From positions 56,754 to 76,753 of the forward strand of contig MEDY01000256.1 in the NCBI GenBank assembly GCA_001724265.1: DNA of 20,000 nt, read 5' to 3'. This DNA is from Rhizaria sp. SCN 62-66 (Eukaryota). The notes beneath the pieces were generated by a model. That model searched no databases. It saw nothing but the letters and a program-made list of their open reading frames with translations, and was not told the DNA's origin. Made by a program: the position numbers and the translations under genes. Shown piece by piece: positions 17,997 through 20,000 of this stretch; positions within the stretch are counted from its first letter, which is position 1, and every line of letters begins with the position of its first letter.

Positions 17997-19559
17997 TTCT
18001 GCTAACTCCACCTCTTTCTGAACGTGCACACTCACCGGCAAGAACCTTTGCCTCTGCACGCATGTGTTGCGTTCGTGTAAGCAGCTGTACCGCCGTAACA
18101 GCAAGAACCACAAACAAGCTCGTTGATCGTCGTGATCTCTCTCGCGTGCGCTCTGTTCGCTGTGTGCAAGACGCTAGTGAGAGTGAGACTGTTGACTGCG
18201 GTATGACGGGGTGACAGTAACAACCTGCTTGTTGTAGTTGTTGTTGCTGTTGAAACCTGACAAAACGCCCTCTACTGTTACAGCTTTCATTTTAAAACCT
18301 GTCTTTGTACATTTCTCTTCCTTTCATGAACTTTCTTTGGACCTTTCTCGTGTTGTTAACCAACCTGACACATGCGATGACCAAGCAAGTTATATCAAAG
18401 CAAACCGTGCGATTCGAATCGAATACAATATTAAAAACATTGGTGAGTCTAACCGACCACCTCCAAAACACAACCATCACAACCACAATCATTTTATTCT
18501 TCTTGACTGTACTAGTATCATGGCACCGAAATTGAAGAGAAATCAGATTTGCGTTAATACGGAGCTGTTCTGTGAACACAAAAACGATACTTCAGTCTGT
18601 AGAATCAGTTTAAAGACGTGTTTTGTCACTGTTTTTGTTACCAACGATTGAGTTCACATTTGCTTCAAATAACAACTTTTCTTTCCTCCTGTTATTGGCG
18701 AGAGGATTATCTCTTTTCTGCTCGCCTGACCATGGTAATAATGTTCGCGATCTTCACTATAGCACATCATATTCAATCCATACACACTTTCATCACATGT
18801 AGTCGACGTCATGGTTGTGCGCAAATGGTTAGCAATCTCACGTTTTAGTGTACATATACATTATACATACGTATTACTATTAATTATACTAGTAACCGGT
18901 AATATTAATATTAATAGTTGCGCGCACGTCGACACCACCTGCCCCCGCCCCCTCTGCCTCGACTGGAACAAGAATAAATTAAGAACGTCAGTTAGGTTAG
19001 CCCAGGCGTTGTCCTCTGGAACTCCTTTGTTTCACACTCGAGTGTTGTCGTTCATTTCACTCCTTATAGTCGTTGTGTCATAACAATATCCGAACTGACG
19101 AACCGCGGGACATCATTGTTGAAGAAGTGCCTGGCAAGGCAGCAGCTGAACTGATAAAATAGTCTGGCTGCCGCGGACGAAGAGATCATATCAACATTAC
19201 ACTTGTTCCAGTTTGGCTCTGAGGGTATCTTTATTAATCCGAACTCTGACCGAATACACTCGGATTTTCGGATTTTCTTCGTTGTCTTCAGTGAACAAAG
19301 TATTTACATATGTTTCCGAAAGTCAACGTCGTTCGTTTATTAAATCGAAATAAATATATTAAGTAGTCAATGTGTTGTGTTATAACGCAATTACAATTTT
19401 ACCTTTCTAGATAACTTCATCAACAACCTCATCCCTTTCGAACTTCTCAAAATCGCGGCATTGGAATTCCTCAATAGTCGATGTAAGCGCCTTCTTGAGC
19501 TGAGCTGCACCGACGATGATCTCAGTTACGATCTTGACCTGCAGACTTTGAGAAGTTCT

Positions 19560-19561
<2 letters not shown>

Positions 19562-19603
<42 letters not shown>
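19562..19603. repeat. (GT)21 microsatellite
   Basis: Uninterrupted gt dinucleotide run of 42 nt. Confidence 0.97.
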
Positions 19604-19604
<1 letters not shown>

Positions 19605-19668
19605 GTGTGTGGTGTGTTACGCATCTGCTTCTGCAGCTGCTGCTATTGCTTTTGCTATTGCTGCTGCT

Positions 19669-20000
19669 TCACAGTTTGTCGTCGGCATTAGCTTTATGTG
19701 CTGATGGAGTGTTGGCTTCTTTGTCCACGTTGTTGAGGTTGACAAAGAAGATAAGGTTATTTCCTTGGTCCTTATCAAACGACGTCACACCACACTCTTC
19801 ATCCTTCGTCAAGTTCACATGATTAAATGGGGACAAAATGAGAACAATGACTTCAATTGCCCCTCGGTCACGGCCCAGCCTCTTTGACAAGACGTCCTTA
19901 AATTTTTCAGCGGCTTTGTAGTATTCGCCAGGACGGTGGCCGTGAGACTTACCCATCGTGATTTGACACAGCGCGACGCGGACTAGGGTCCCGGGCACAG
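19669..20000 (-). CDS. 3' end of a lower-GC ORF entering from outside the window; possible Crinkler/RHS-type restriction-endonuclease-fold C-terminal domain
   Basis: Frame is open from the window edge: VPGTLVRVALCQITMGKSHGHRPGEYYKAAEKFKDVLSKRLGRDRGAIEVIVLILSPF.... The order is hydrophobic strand, Q-x-T-x4-H, amphipathic helix, then a hydrophobic strand ending in Pro. Codon usage is much less GC-biased than in the neighbouring genes. Confidence 0.45.
   Translation of the reverse strand, partial: VPGTLVRVALCQITMGKSHGHRPGEYYKAAEKFKDVLSKRLGRDRGAIEVIVLILSPFNHVNLTKDEECGVTSFDKDQGNNLIFFVNLNNVDKEANTPSAHKANADDKL

Noticed and set aside
18876..18918. 9-bp inverted repeat actattaat...attaatagt
   Set aside because: Expected by chance in an AT-rich low-complexity patch, with no target-site duplication or element body.

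Overview
Eukaryotic, most likely protist, genomic DNA. The exons are very GC-rich and Ala-rich, the spacers are AT-richer, and the spliceosomal introns are short GT-AG introns. Five host-style genes can be read. (1) A giant ORF on the minus strand (ATG 6360, open to the window edge, at least 2120 aa) is missing from the ORF track; it has a disordered acidic/Phe-motif N-terminus and a long coiled coil containing a 14-unit Gly heptad array. (2) WDR70, divergent from gene 1. (3) A two-exon short synaptobrevin/VAMP R-SNARE, convergent with WDR70. (4) A two-exon Myb/SANT-like protein with a poly-Gln tail. (5) A five-exon papain-family (C1A, cathepsin L-like) preproprotease carrying an unusual ~100-aa charged helical insertion in its pro-region. 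The last 2 kb is compositionally different. It holds possible decayed exon fragments, a (GT)21 microsatellite and the 3' end of a lower-GC ORF whose Q-x-T-x4-H motif resembles Crinkler/RHS-type restriction-endonuclease-fold domains. I found no prokaryotic features, RNA genes or CRISPR arrays, and no convincing novel multi-gene system. All splice models were derived by hand from GT/AG signals and frame continuity.
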